The notes: a model not told the origin generated them from the letters alone. A stretch of DNA of 64,000 bases from Trichoplax sp. H2 (GCA_003344405.1 NOWV01000117.1:62001-126000), one strand, 5' to 3'. Shown: positions 28,441-41,924, numbered from the stretch's first letter. Made by a program: numbers and translations.

Positions 28441-29017
28441 CTCAGTTTCATTGAGTATTGTACGAGTAACAGTTGAAATAATGAATCACATGTTAACTTA
28501 AATTAATATTATTATTATTTTATTGCGTTGAACTCGAGACATTAATCACATATTTAGTCTGGCATGAAAATGATGCAATCTCCTTGATGAAGATCAACTT
28601 AATGTATCATATTACGCTAATTGAAAATTTTTCCTCCATTTTACAGCATTTTGAACTTAAGGAGCTATAAATAACTAGAATAATTATGGACTCATCTACT
28701 AGTATCATGGATAATGTATAAATTCAAGTGTCCTGCTGCGTGTATCTGGCTAAATCATTGTAATCAAGTTGTAGATTTTCCAATATTGGAAACCAAATCA
28801 TTCTCCCAATACCGTTAAAACTTCAAACCTGCCCATTCTAGGCGTCCTAATTACTTGGCATACGCTTAGGAGTCTAATTTAGCAGATAAGACGTGTGTTT
28901 TGTATTATATACAACATCGATAGCCAGACACGAATATCAAAATAACTTCAGCTGCAAATTCTGCTGTAAGATTATAACGATTGACCTCTTGTGCTAGCAG
29001 TTTCATCGACTAGGGGA

Positions 29018-30022
29018 ATGAAAACCTCAATCAACAATATGAAAGCCCAACTGAAACCTTACCGTGGTATGTTATACGCACTACTATCGTCACTTTTTTT
29101 TTCACTCATGTCTGCCTGTGTCAAGTTGGCTGCATACGACTTTTTCTTAGTTGCAGCAATACGATCTGCTGTACAGATACTACTCTTACAATCGGCCATA
29201 ATTAAGCAACAAAAAGACTTATCCAGCGGTTGTAAACGTCCACAAGTTTATTTTGTATTGGGCAGGACAATCGCTGGCACAGTATCTGTTTGTTGTCAGT
29301 TTTATGCTTACCAAAATATGAACATTGGCGATGCTTCAGCTATCATTTTTTCATCTCCTTTCATCACTGGTATTTTAGCTGCTATTCTTTTAAAAGAAAG
29401 ATTTACCGTCTTCAATTTACTAGCAACTTTAGTCAGCTTTGGTGGTATTATACTTGTTGCTAGGCCACCATTTATTTTTAGATCGCAAGCTGATGATGCA
29501 CCATTTCGCTTTGCTGCAGCTAGCATTGCATTTGCTGCCTCTATAGCTACCAGCATTGCTATTTTGAATATTAGAAAAATTGGTAATAAAGTCGACAGCT
29601 ATGTTATCACTTATTATTTTTCAATTGTTTGCTTTATTGTGCCTATAATCATATTTTCTATAACCACCTCTTATCGATTGCCCCAGTGTGGTGCTACAAG
29701 ATGGCTCCTAATTGCTGTAGGAGTGCTAGGATTTTTAGGCCAAATTTCTTTCACCAACGCTATACAGTTGGAGAAAGCTACATTAATCTCTATCATCAGA
29801 ACCACGGATGTGATATTTGGATACATATTAGAACTGATCATTTTCGGCTCATCGCCTTCCTTGCTCTCGATATTTGGCTCCCTCTTAATCATAGCCGGTG
29901 CATCGGCCTTAGCATTGAAAAAATGGTATGACATTAAATCTGACAGGAAGGATTGTAATCAATCCAAAACAACAGAGCAATCGATAAATCAACATCAGGA
30001 TTTCACAGAGACGCATTTATAG
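29018..30022 (+). CDS. SLC35G1-like / EamA (DMT superfamily) 10-TM transporter with an uninterrupted ORF
   Basis: Long ORF (first ATG 29018) with two EamA-type halves: GMLYALLSSLFFSLMSACVK, YAYQNMNIGDASAIIFSSPFITGILAAILLKERF, GGIILVARPPFIF, GFLGQISFTNAIQLEKA, SIFGSLLII. Confidence 0.88.
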   Translation: MKTSINNMKAQLKPYRGMLYALLSSLFFSLMSACVKLAAYDFFLVAAIRSAVQILLLQSAIIKQQKDLSSGCKRPQVYFVLGRTIAGTVSVCCQFYAYQNMNIGDASAIIFSSPFITGILAAILLKERFTVFNLLATLVSFGGIILVARPPFIFRSQADDAPFRFAAASIAFAASIATSIAILNIRKIGNKVDSYVITYYFSIVCFIVPIIIFSITTSYRLPQCGATRWLLIAVGVLGFLGQISFTNAIQLEKATLISIIRTTDVIFGYILELIIFGSSPSLLSIFGSLLIIAGASALALKKWYDIKSDRKDCNQSKTTEQSINQHQDFTETHL

Positions 30023-31549
30023 TACAATTCATGCTTTTATGTGCTAAGTACTCAGTTATTAAAAATTGGTTACAGTCAAAATTCTCTGATGTGTACTTGA
30101 AAGAGTACGAAGTTTGCGATATTTAATTAAGCAAATGATGGTAATGCGATTGACAGGTTTACACTTTGGTATGACAAATAAGCAATAATATTATACTGTA
30201 CAGCAATGGAGTAATAGTTCTAAATCTTCATGACACACACTATGAATACTTTAAATACGGTATAATTTACCTGGAAGTAAAATGATGTATACTGTGTATT
30301 TAAATCAGAAGAATAACGGCTAGCTGCCGAACTAAGGTCCATTAATAAGTATTTCCCAACATACACATGAATATATGTGATTGGACTACAGGAATTCCAT
30401 TCATCGTCGATGTTACCAAGTGACTTACACTCAATTATCATTCAAGTTACAAGATCTTGCGGACTGTTCCTATTTATTCCTAATTTTTAAGCTAAATTAG
30501 TCTACAAAATTTGAATCGAAAATTTTTGCGAAATTGTAAGCATAAATTAGAATTGTATATGTAATATGTAAATATAGAAAATGTTAAAGCTATTTATTAC
30601 AGTAAGGAGCTGCTCTAAAGCTGTGCTAATGCAATGTTTTATAAACATGCTGTACGTATACGGTAAATGCAGGTAATGAATGCTTGTTGTAAACAAGCCC
30701 ATTTCACTGATCAGTATATAAACGGAACAAAATATCATAGCTTTGCCTCTATTTGTCTAGCTGTGTGAAATGCTTGTCTTTAGATCTGAGCTTAGTGTTA
30801 AATAACCTCAACACATTGTTCTACGCGTACGCATATGCTATAAAAAATCTTCAAAATTAGTATTTCATGCTTGCAACGTTAAATCATGAATGTTATAGTA
30901 TGATTAATAACGTCCAGTTCTAGTGACAAAATCAAGTATTCAATTTTATTGAGCCATAGCAATGTAAATATATTGTTTATACAAAACTTATTATTCAGCT
31001 GTGATAAGCACTTTGATTATTATTGATACAGTTTGGATCATATGCGATAATGGATATAGTCATAATTTATAACCGACTAACAATAATCTGTTGCTAATCA
31101 AGGTCTGGAAAAAGTAATACAGCATATTATTCTTTCAAAAATTTTGTTTAAAAATGATAATCTATCTCAAATTTATTCAAAAAATAACAAGAATTCAATA
31201 AATACGATAAATGATTATTATATAATGTATAAGGCTGTTTGTTTGAGCCTTGAGGGCAGTTAACAATTTAAAAGCTTCGCATAGAATGTGATAAGTTATC
31301 GCTTTAAACGATTCATGTAGGAGCTAATTGGTATAAAATTAATTCGTATCGGTGATTTCATGCTGTGATGACGTACTTAAAAAGATATGATTAAAATTTT
31401 ATCCTCTAGCAAAAGCTTTCTTATATTATTACAACTAGAAGTGATTTCAGGACATCAATGCCAATTTATAACTATAAATAATGATATTAAAAATAATTTG
31501 TAAATACGTAGAGTAAAAATCTTGAGTAGTAATAATACATTTTAAGCTT

Positions 31550-33822
31550 CTAATTTAAAGAAAAGGTTTTGCAGAATCCGGGTAATACTATAACTGCAAC
31601 ACTTAGATTATCCTTGCAGTTGGCTTGCAGGGCACTTCTAACCAGCATTTCTGTCATTTCTTTGGATAGATTTGCTAGTATGTCCCTTTGGTTGATAGGT
31701 GCACTAGAAATTGCTTTATTTTCTGTAAAATTATTAAACACTTGTATCAGTTATGATAATGCGCATTAAATTAAAAAAGTAGATATTGCATATAATCATG
31801 CTACCAATACTCTTTTATACAATTGTACAGAGTTATTTAGTGTAACGTCTAGCATGTGGTTTATCTATATTATGCTCAGAATAACTCTATCTTACTGATT
31901 AAAGGTATAGGTTGTTCGTCTTCTAAGATCGTTATAGCGTCTAAATCACTGTAAGAATCTACGATTTCTTCATGCTCTTCAACATCTTCTGCTGATAATT
32001 TGGCTATCAAGCAACCAGTCTTTGCCTCTTTTCTAATTTTATTCGCAGTTGAGTGTCTGAAAGACGCATCAGTAATAGCAGTATTTGATCTGTGTAACTC
32101 TCTAAAATTTGATCTTGTTACTGAGCTTGTTTTGGAAGGAAATCCTTGTTTTGATAGCGAATAACTTTCATCGCTAACGTCATGATAAGTATGAGAATTA
32201 AGTGAAGGTAATTCATTATTACCGATAGCACTTTCAGACTTGTCATAATAATCATTAGATGACATGGAATGAAGACCTACTGAAATATTGCTTATACTTA
32301 ATTTAGAATTATTGATTTTAGTTTGAACATTTTCTATGACTTTTTGCTCCTGTTGAAAACTTGAATCCTGATATTTCGAATCCTCAGCAACACCATTGTT
32401 AACCTTCTTAAAGGGATGCATATTTAATAACATTTCTACCGCCGCTCTTGCATCGATGGATTCCCATAAGCTATTCGTAGCCAAAATTAGAAAGTAGTCT
32501 TCATCTGTTAAACTTATTGATGTAACGTGGGGAGTATTTATAACAGCAGATTTTAAAAGAGGATCACCATGATTACCAAATCCTCTTGTAACATGTAAGA
32601 CCCCATTTACTAAACTACATGCAGATGATGTTGATTTTATGGTACAACCACACTTTAGTACTCTTAATCTTTCCCGAGAATTACTAAGAGTATGTTTACG
32701 ACTTAGTATATAGCCAGTACCTCCTCTACATAAGACACCTTTAATATCTCCGATATTCGCTAAATGTAGTATTCCAGATTTACTCAATAAAGGATTAAAA
32801 TTTAATAAACATGATAAAGATGAGCAACCACTCCACCTTACAGTTGATTTTTCTTTGATACCTTTTTTTAATTTTGTATCAAAGCTAGAGTAAGCATGTC
32901 TAAATGCGTTTGCGACCATTAAGAGATAATTTTCAAAGCTATTGAGCTTCTTTCTTTTTTTCAAGGCCGAATAAGTTAACTGATGAATAGATTGATCCAA
33001 GCTTAACATTGAAGTTACCCTTTCTGGAGATGCTGAACTGGAAAATATATTTGCTGATTCATATTCGCACTCACTGCGAATTGAATCGTCCTGTCTAACT
33101 TTTGTTTCTTCTAGTGATAACGTTGAGTACTCATTGACAGTTACACTAAAATCTTCTTTACTTAATTCATTGGCAAATATTCGATGCAGATTTATCTTAG
33201 CCTCTTCAGCAGCCTGGCATCCATGATATCCGCTATACATACCGTAATAGTAGCAATTTTTACCACCTTGACTTCCAAAATTATGATTTAGCACAGCTAC
33301 AATCCTATCTAAAGCAGAACCGCGTCCCTGATCACTTCCACCGTGGTATATAGCCATTGGTACTGAATCAGACTTTATGACTATGATATCTTTACCAAGT
33401 AACTGCTCATGGCTACTTGGGGTTACAACCCTAGCATTATAGTAAGCATCATCAAAAGTACTTTTTATTAGTTCGTATGCCCAGTTAAATCTAGTAAGCT
33501 TACGATCATATTCAGGATCTTCCTTGTCGCTATATAATCTTCGCAATTTTCTAATTAAAGATTTTCTTCGCTTTTGCAATGCTTTTAAGTTCTCTGGCTT
33601 AGAAACGCCGCGGTATTTGAGATATCTATAAGCTAGATGTATTTTTTTATGTTGTTTTAGCTGGCTGGTTGAAACGGATTGTTGGCATAATTTACATTTG
33701 AGATTTAGCGTTGCAGTTGCTTGCGTATAATCATCCTTAAGCCACTGCATGTTCGCCAATCGTGAATTGAGTATCGAAGATTTCCTACGTCCATGCACAA
33801 CCGATAATGAAGTGCTGTTCAT
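31550..33822 (-). CDS. PP2C-like domain-containing protein (PP2D1-like), probably catalytically impaired, with an N-terminal C2H2-like finger; 2 coding exons seen
   Basis: The large exon 33822-31896 carries PP2C-fold motifs VRWSGCSSLSCLL, LHLANIGDIKGVLCRGG, H...ERLRVL, VNGVLHVTRGFGNHGD and FLILATNSLW. It splices in frame to exon 31740-31550 ...EMLVRSALQANCKDNLSVAVIVL. RWSGCS and RGxGNHGD resemble PP2D1 as I recall it. Confidence 0.75.
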
Positions 33823-35033
33823 GACTATGCCATACAATCAACAGGGATTGAATACAAAATTTATCCAACATATGATATATATCTAGACGGACTAATAATA
33901 ATACATGCAATATCCGTAAATTGCCTAATAATTTTTAACTACAAGTATTACATAAACTATATATGTTCCTGAATAATTATAAAATTAGAGCGATGGCACG
34001 TATCTTAATTGCTGCACATATTCCAAAATTGCAGTCCTTATAATAAAGATCCAATAATCCAATATTCTATCAATTTTTTCACTTGAAATTTGCAGTTATA
34101 GATTTTGTTACGATCAACGTTACAGTTCTTAATACTCTTTAATGTTTTTGATTGGGATTGACACCTGACGTAAAAATCGTCGTAATAATAGTCCTAATTC
34201 ACTCACCGCATGCCAGTTATTCGATGCTATAAGTATAAAATAAGAATAAATCCCAATATTAATCTAAAGTATAAGCTTGTAAAATCTAAGATTGTAAAAT
34301 TTCTCGTTTTAAAAAGGTATAAAATATTTTTCTAGTAAACTATAGAATTACTAGTTTGACAATTCCTATCGGTCTTATAATAATCGTATCTCTAGAGGTT
34401 ATAAGATATAGTATACTGTATTGCTCACTAGATTACGTAAACAAATCCTTTCTCATAGAGCGTTAATGAGTCAAAATTGACTCATGAGTACATAGTATAC
34501 TTACTACACATTGTAACTTAAAAGAACTATAATTTTTGATCAACGCTGATATGAATATATTTCTTTCTCTTCTACGTTAAATACTAACCGTCGTTAAGTC
34601 GATATCATGTCACATTATTGGTAGGACGTGTAAATCAAATCCTATACTGGATATTGCTGCTATAATGTTAGGGCGTTGATTTATCCTTTTCGCGTTTAAT
34701 TAATGAAATAGTTTAAAAGTCAGGAATCACTCTGCGTTGATGCGTATGTAGTAGTATTAATTACTTAGTCATTGTATGGTACGACTAAACATAATAAACA
34801 ATCCATTAACAATCCTCGTAGGGATTCTTTCTCACTAGAGGTGTTACAGTAAAGTTTAGCACAGTATTCTGTATATGACTTAACTATTTCATACTGCTAT
34901 TAATTTGTACAAACTACAGAGCAGAATAGAGCGTACGTAGTGTACTGGTAGACAAGTTTGGTTGCTATAGCTACAGAAAGAAATAAAATGTACAGTACAG
35001 TAAAAACATAGCGACTCTCGCCCAAACAGCAGT

Positions 35034-35151
35034 GACTACTCAACTTCTTTTTATACTTTTCATACTAAATAAATACTTAGTTTAGAATATTCCTGTCCCA
35101 AACTAGTCCCTATGTTAGCATAAAAACTATAAAAAAAGAAGTTGAGTGGTC
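35034..35151. repeat. ~36-bp imperfect inverted repeat with a ~46-bp spacer (MITE-like or hairpin)
   Basis: Left arm GACTACTCAACTTCTTTTTATACTTTTCATACTAA (35034-35068); right arm TTAGCATAAAAACTATAAAAAAAGAAGTTGAGTGGTC (35115-35151). Confidence 0.8.
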
Positions 35152-35739
35152 CCTGAGTGCAGTATTATGGATAGATGTAAAAGGAAAAACCTCCAGAATC
35201 TTTCCTTTTCCTGTACTTCCATGAACTCTATTACGTGTAGAAGAAAACCGGGTCAAAAGCTCATTGAATCAGATGTTCGTTAAATCAAAATGAGAAAGAA
35301 AATCGCTTTGCGCCACTTTGTTCTTACTCATTTTTTATTTGAAATGTTTGTGAGTCTAGATTATAATAATTATTTATTTATTCGCTCTGTGTTGCTTCCG
35401 AGTAGAGTACAGTAATTTCGAAAATAACAAAAACGTTCCACTGTACAGTACAGTACAGTATATGCTGTATATAATATATGTAGCAAATCAAATTCTAATG
35501 ATGTGCTATCCTGAGTGGAGATATTCTGCTGGTGTGGATTTCTCCAAATAGGGTAAAATCAAGCACATCGTTCAGCACTAGACTCCTATTTACGGTGGCC
35601 AGAAGGCTCAAATAACGTCCTGTCGCTTCGCTGACAGAGATACTATACTCTAGAAACCCTTACTGTACTTTACTCACTTGGAATCGAATGACGATGATTT
35701 CTATTTTTGAAAACCCCGATACAGACTAGTACAGCAGAT

Positions 35740-36075
35740 CCGTGAGTGTACAGTGTACAGTACCAAGAGCTACAGTACAAAACAGTACTGTAGTGTACAC
35801 TGTACTGTACTGTACATTTACTGTTCCAAAACATTTTCCTACTGCTGTGCTACAGTATGACGGTACAGTGTACAGTACTGCACGCTGCTTTAATTGTACT
35901 GTGTGTACAGTACTGTACACTCTGATGTCATATCACGGTACAGTACATACTAATGTGCGGTAGTAAGTATCATACTGTACATGTACACTACTGTACAGTA
36001 CTGTACTGTACTGTATATGAGTTCATGATCTGGACCCTAAAGATACACAGCACACGAGTACAGTGTAGCAGTACT
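35740..36075. repeat. (TACAG/CTGTA)n array about 200 bp upstream of the RNF126-like ATG
   Basis: Dense gtacagtgtacagtac / actgtactgtactgtac motifs. Confidence 0.85.
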
Positions 36076-36271
36076 GCAACCTTTCAAACGGTTAACGAGT
36101 ATCCTTGTATCTTCAAGCTTATTGCGCTACAAAAACTAGTTTTCTTGTTTTTTTCATTCGCGCAACGAAAGCTAAAGGCATTGCGATTGATCGCCATTAC
36201 CTTGTTGATAAAATTGTTGCCGAATATCAATACTACACTGCTTTCTTGTATACGAAATTGAGTGTATAGAA

Positions 36272-39200
36272 ATGGCGGAAGCGACGGTAGAAGATGTGCC
36301 AAGCACGCGCTATTTCTGTTACAACTGTCAAGAGGAAGTTTCATCCAAATCGCAGGTGAGTCCATCAACGCTATGCAGCCATCACCATTCGATAGTGTTT
36401 TACTGTAATTAATTAAAAATAATAATGGGCTATAATTTCCATGCATTTTGTTTTGAAAGTGTATAGTCCGGACTGTACACTACTTGCAAAACTGAAACAA
36501 TCTCAACATACGTAAAGGTAGATGATGCGGCAATTAGCAATTCTTATTCACCTATTAAACTACTTGTGATTTATAGCTGTCCCCACGACTGATTTGTCGT
36601 TGCTGGTACAAGTGCATAGTATGTTACAGTAAAATAAAATGAGATGTTTAGTCGTAGAAATTCTTATATAAAACCTAAAATCTATTTGAAGTTCGTATGT
36701 TACACATGAAAGAGGACGACTAAATCAGTTATAGGCTAATAAATCCAATTTTGACTTTAGAAATATTGCAACACAACCAACACATTGCGCTGCAGACTAC
36801 TCTTAACGACGATACTGTGCAACGTACATGTTTACTATAATCAAATGACGTTATACAGTGCAGATACAGTATATGTAGTATAGACTAGATCGCTTTCCTA
36901 AGCACTTTTCGCTGTTTATCTACTGATTATTATTATTCACTACTACTACTGAAAGTGACTACAGAATTATATTGGATAACTAAAGCGATTGCACCTTCTA
37001 ATTATATCTGAAAGAAAGAATTATATTATTTTATTTTAAGTTCACTGTCGTAAAGAGGAAATACACTACTGATTTACTGTAGTGCGCTTGGTGCCATCCT
37101 GTGCACTGTACAAGTGCGCGATACAGTGAAAGAGCAACGGCATCTGTATCGGTACTGGACAGTACATGGACTATAGTGCTGTACTGTACAGTACTTTTAC
37201 TTTTCTATAGATGTGATCAGATGATACTGAGTGATCAGATGATACTTGGATGTTTACACCGTTTCCCTTCATATCCTCTGTTTTGGCTTCATTGATTACC
37301 GCTGTGTTTATTGAATCATCACTGTTAAATACATCGTTACTTTAAAACTGGAATAGATACAATATTAAGCTCAATCTTTCACTGAACCATCGGAACAAGG
37401 AAAAGATGCTTAATTTGTAATTTTATTTACATGTTGAGTTAGGACTACGCTAGTAGTACGTAAAAGATATACAAGTAGTCCTACAATTTTACGTACAAAC
37501 TTCAGAATAGTAGTTGGCGTAGGGAACTTTCTTTCTTTACAAGTTTATGAACAAATTGTTAGTTATGGTGAGAAATAGATGAGACGCTCACGAATGATGT
37601 ACAGTATCCATAAATTTAATTAACAACATTGCCTTAAATATTTGTTTGAATATCGGGTTAACTCTACATCAACATTTGTCAAAATTGTTACGGTCAATAT
37701 GTTACTGTACTATATATATATATATATATATACACTGGCAAGTCGCAGTCATAGACATTGATGCAACGTTTTTAATCGTCCATTATATTTATTTATTTAT
37801 AACCGCTGTAAAAATTGTTGTATCATGCCATAGATATTTACAGTGCGTACCAGTATTGTATAACTGTACAGTACAGTACAGTATAGTACTGTACAGTACA
37901 ACACCAGTTCAGTATGATAAGGCTCTACAGTATCGGTACGGCTACAGTACAGTATCATGTACTGTAAAGCATAGTATTATGTACTGTACACTTTACTGTA
38001 AAAGAAATAAATAAAAATAAAAAATCGAACGGCACGGCAATTTGCTTTAGTGTTATTCCCACCTATGGATAGACGCCAAGAGTGTCTACTTCTAGCCTTC
38101 TATCCAATTAGAACGACCTTTAATTGCATCTATTTTATCACGTCATGTCAGAAATTAGGAATTGATTGGTACAGTATAAACTTTGAAAATACATCATATG
38201 TCTACAGTATACGCGTATTAGACTTAGTTTGTAAACTCTTTCATGAAGATTTATGCGTTTTCTTAGTGATTAATCATGCGAGCGGAATAGTTGATGCTGG
38301 TTTAATTCTGTTCAATACTGCTTCTCGTAAACGCCTACTATATACAACATAGATCGAAAATTGCCTTTATTCTCATAGACACTGAAATATGATATAAGCT
38401 TAGATTTGTCTTATTTCATAAAGTTTTATAACATTTGTGATTTACGACGTTTGAACAGAGTAATTTATGTCCGCAATGTGGTGGAGGATTTGTTGAACAG
38501 TTAGAAGGCGACGCCAAAGTTGAAGATATTATGTAAGGAAGATGTTATGTTATTAGTGTATGAATGCGAGCTCCGACTCTTCAGTGAGAAAAGTGATCGA
38601 AGAAAATGTTTGATTACTTCATGTCCCTTTGATCCTTAATGGGCTGCACTTGCTGGTTTGCATGATGGAAACAACGTAACTTTACGAACGTTGTTAAATT
38701 TGCATACCACAGCGTTAAATAGTATAATTAGATAATTTTAGTAGCTGTTGTTATTATTAAACATAATATAATGTATGATCTACGTCATTAATAATTGTTC
38801 ATTTTCGAATTCCTTGATTCTTAGAAGTGACGTATCAGTTGATAATGAAAATATAAACTTTCTCTCAGTAAGTACATCATATATCCAGATCTTAAATTTC
38901 TACATCTGCATGTATGTTAACTATGAATTGTTCTCTTTGATAGTATTGGCGTGGTGCTCTTGAAAACAATACCGATGATTCTGCAGATGAATCAGAAGGT
39001 ATGTATTCTGTGTAGTGTCAGCAATGAAATAGCTCCGTGAATTGAACTGCTAGGGCTATGCTAGAGTTATAAGTTGTACTTTTAGAAAGTTTTATTACAT
39101 TCTATGCTGTGAATATGTATAAGTCAAAATATAATTGATACATGCATCTAATCGTACTGCTATGTTCTGACAGTTACCTGATATAACGTAACACTATCTA

Positions 39201-40989
39201 TAATAATAGTATTATATAATACAGTTTTATATGTAGCATATTATCTTATGGTGCATTATGAGTAGACTATAAAAGGAGTTCTTGGCGAATGTCACGAGGA
39301 ATTGTGACTACACAGGTAGTTTGAGCTACATTAGTGCTTTGAAGGAGTAAAGGTCCCTATTTCTATGATAGAAAGGGTGTTTGCATATCCTGTGAGAACC
39401 CTTTACCTCCCTAGTACACAGTCATCGTAACAATAATTATTAATATACTAAGTAATGGCTTAAATTTTGCGTTGTTACGATTATACTGTTCTCCCGCTTT
39501 ATACGCGCCATGTTAAGTGGAAGCCATTTTACGAGATGTATTTTATTGACACTTTGAATGATGCTCTAGATGAATCAGCCTTTGGAGTCAACTTTCCGCA
39601 TCGATTAAATCTACGGTCTAACTCTCGTCGATCACGTGGCTCGCAAACTTTCGAAGGATCACCTGGACAGTCAGGAACTACGACTGTTCGCCTTGAAAGG
39701 TTAACTTAGATGAGCATTTTATGCTTATTGGCCATCGTCAATAAGTGTTAAATGTAGGAGTTTTCTGAGAGGACTTTTACTGGAATATTATACTTTATCA
39801 AACGGAGTTACTATTACTGTACATGATTGCCTTGTAGTTATATTGTGAAGATATTTTATGTGGTGACTTAGTATTATCTATTACTTTTCTATACAATCTA
39901 GCCTTATCCAAGGATTGCTTCAATCGATATCTGCAGACAACCATGGTAAGCTTTAGGATCATGTAAAATATCTTGCATTATTTTTAGTTTCCTATTTATC
40001 CTCGTTTACTGACGCTGTGCTTTACTTTATTTCAATTCAGATGAATCCGGATCGGAAAACGCCTTTCTACAGCGACCATTGTAAATATTCCAGATTATAA
40101 ATATGATTTTTGACTCTATTCTCTAAAATATATTGTGTGTTTTGTAGGAATGCTCTATTTAACTTACACTCCAGCCCAGGAGACTATGCGTGGGGAAGGG
40201 GTGGTTTAGATGATATTATTTCGCAGGTAATGTTATATACGTATTGGCGAGTAATATTGTAGATCCTAATTGATTATTGGGTAACTTATTATTAAGTTGG
40301 TATTGTGAAAGACAAGATGATTACCTTGTAGCTGATGTTGGTTCAAAAATCGATTTACATACTGTCATGTATTGGTGTAAAGTATGTCTTAACTAATTAA
40401 TCTTTCTATTTTATAGTTTCTATCGAATCTTGGCGACAGTAGTGGTCCTCCTCCTGCAAAGAAATCGATCATCGATGATCTACCTCACGAAGTCATAACC
40501 AGTGAAATTTTGGGTAAAATATTGATCTATACAGCATGAATTCCTAGAGCATCCGTGCCGTACGTACTTTTGATTTTTTGCATAGCTGGTATACTAATTA
40601 TAATTTCTTTCTTTTTGTAACTAGAAACAAACAGTGAATGTCCAATATGCAAAGAAGAGTTTAAAGTGAAAGATACTGCGAGAAAATTGCCATGTCAGCA
40701 TTACTTTCACTCACAATGTATTGTACAATGGTTACAAAGGGTAAGTTACTTGAAATAATAGTGATTGATTCTTCTTAAATGTTATTTCACTATGTTTGAT
40801 TTACTTATATTACAGCATGGCACTTGTCCTGTCTGCCGATTGAATCTCGCTGAAGGTAGTCCTTCTGAGGAAGCCAATAATGGTGGTAACAGCAGTAGTC
40901 GAAGATCTGGAAATTCTCGAAGTCCAAATATTAGCAATTCATCTAGGAGTAGCCGACGACGATCTGGGCCATCGTCAACTTTAGTTTAA
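36272..40989 (+). CDS. RING-H2 E3 ubiquitin ligase of the RNF126/RNF115 family; multi-exon
   Basis: Exon 1 36272-36355 [28 protein letters not shown] joins exon 2 at 38459 [16 protein letters not shown] to form the N-terminal zinc ribbon. Later exons give [34 protein letters not shown] and the RING-H2 CPICKEEF...[26 protein letters not shown]. An S/R-rich tail ends at TAA 40989. Confidence 0.93.
37850..38000. repeat. (TACAG/CTGTA)n array in intron 1 of the RNF126-like gene
   Basis: actgtacagtacagtacagtatagtactgtacagtac etc. Confidence 0.75.
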
Positions 40990-41924
40990 TAGGACGCAAA
41001 TTTGTGACTGGCATTTTAAGGAAAGACGTTTATTTTGTGGAAAATGTAAAAATTTTACTGATTACTGGACTGGCCATTATTACAATATGATATATTTCGG
41101 ACAATAATACTTGAAGTAATTGTAAATGTCTTTTTAAATTGGAAAATTGAACGATTCTATCACAAGTTTTAAAAGTGAAATTGTAGTTTGCAACATTTTT
41201 GCCATTTGCTACGATTTTTGTCGACATTGAACTCCTTGTGCCTTTGCTCTGCTGTGCTTGTTATGTAAAAGATACTCGAGTCGTACTTATTAGTGCACGA
41301 GTAGAATGTTCGAAATATGGCGTCAACACGCTGTGAATTAATTTCACAGTGCAACATAGTGATGATTAAGTGCCAGATACGTGTTCTATGAACAGATCAC
41401 AAGCGTTATTAGCATATTCTGCAATTGCAATGACGTCAGCATTTTTGACTGCGTTTCGGTTTTGATATGTGTATGTTATGACCTCTGCATTCTCTCTATT
41501 TTGCTAACTTTATTTGTATTTGTTTATAGTATATTGTACTGTACATTTGGACCATTTTACTATTACTGATTCCGACCGCATAAGATTTGATTCTAAGTGA
41601 TTGAATAGAATCACTTGATGCGATCTGTTCAGTTTAAGAACTAGAATCCAGCACGAATGAGCGTCTTTATATTTTCATTAGCTTATGACTAATAACTGTG
41701 TGCATTCTCTCAAAGACAGAATAAATTAATAAAGCATCGTGAGCTTAGATGGTATTGTCGTTATTGAGTAGCACAACGTTGTAGAATGCTGGCTGGGAGT
41801 TTTAGAAAGCAATGAAGAGCAATTTATAGAATAACCATGGTTTTATTTCAGTACAGTGCGCAAAGTAGTAAGAAATTTGTAGAGTTGTACTTACTGTACT
41901 GCACGTATACTAGTTTGCACTAGT

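Noticed and set aside
27940-28441. ORFs rich in Y/S/T/V/Q/C (also at 3429-3847, 15173-15417, 16147-16481, 35726-36261, 37646-38014 and 42474-42742)
   Set aside because: They are translations of TACAG/CTGTA low-complexity DNA, which lacks stop codons in several frames, and have no protein-like features.
29308-29934. Overlapping antisense and alternate-frame ORFs within the SLC35G-like gene
   Set aside because: Shadow ORFs of a hydrophobic coding sequence.
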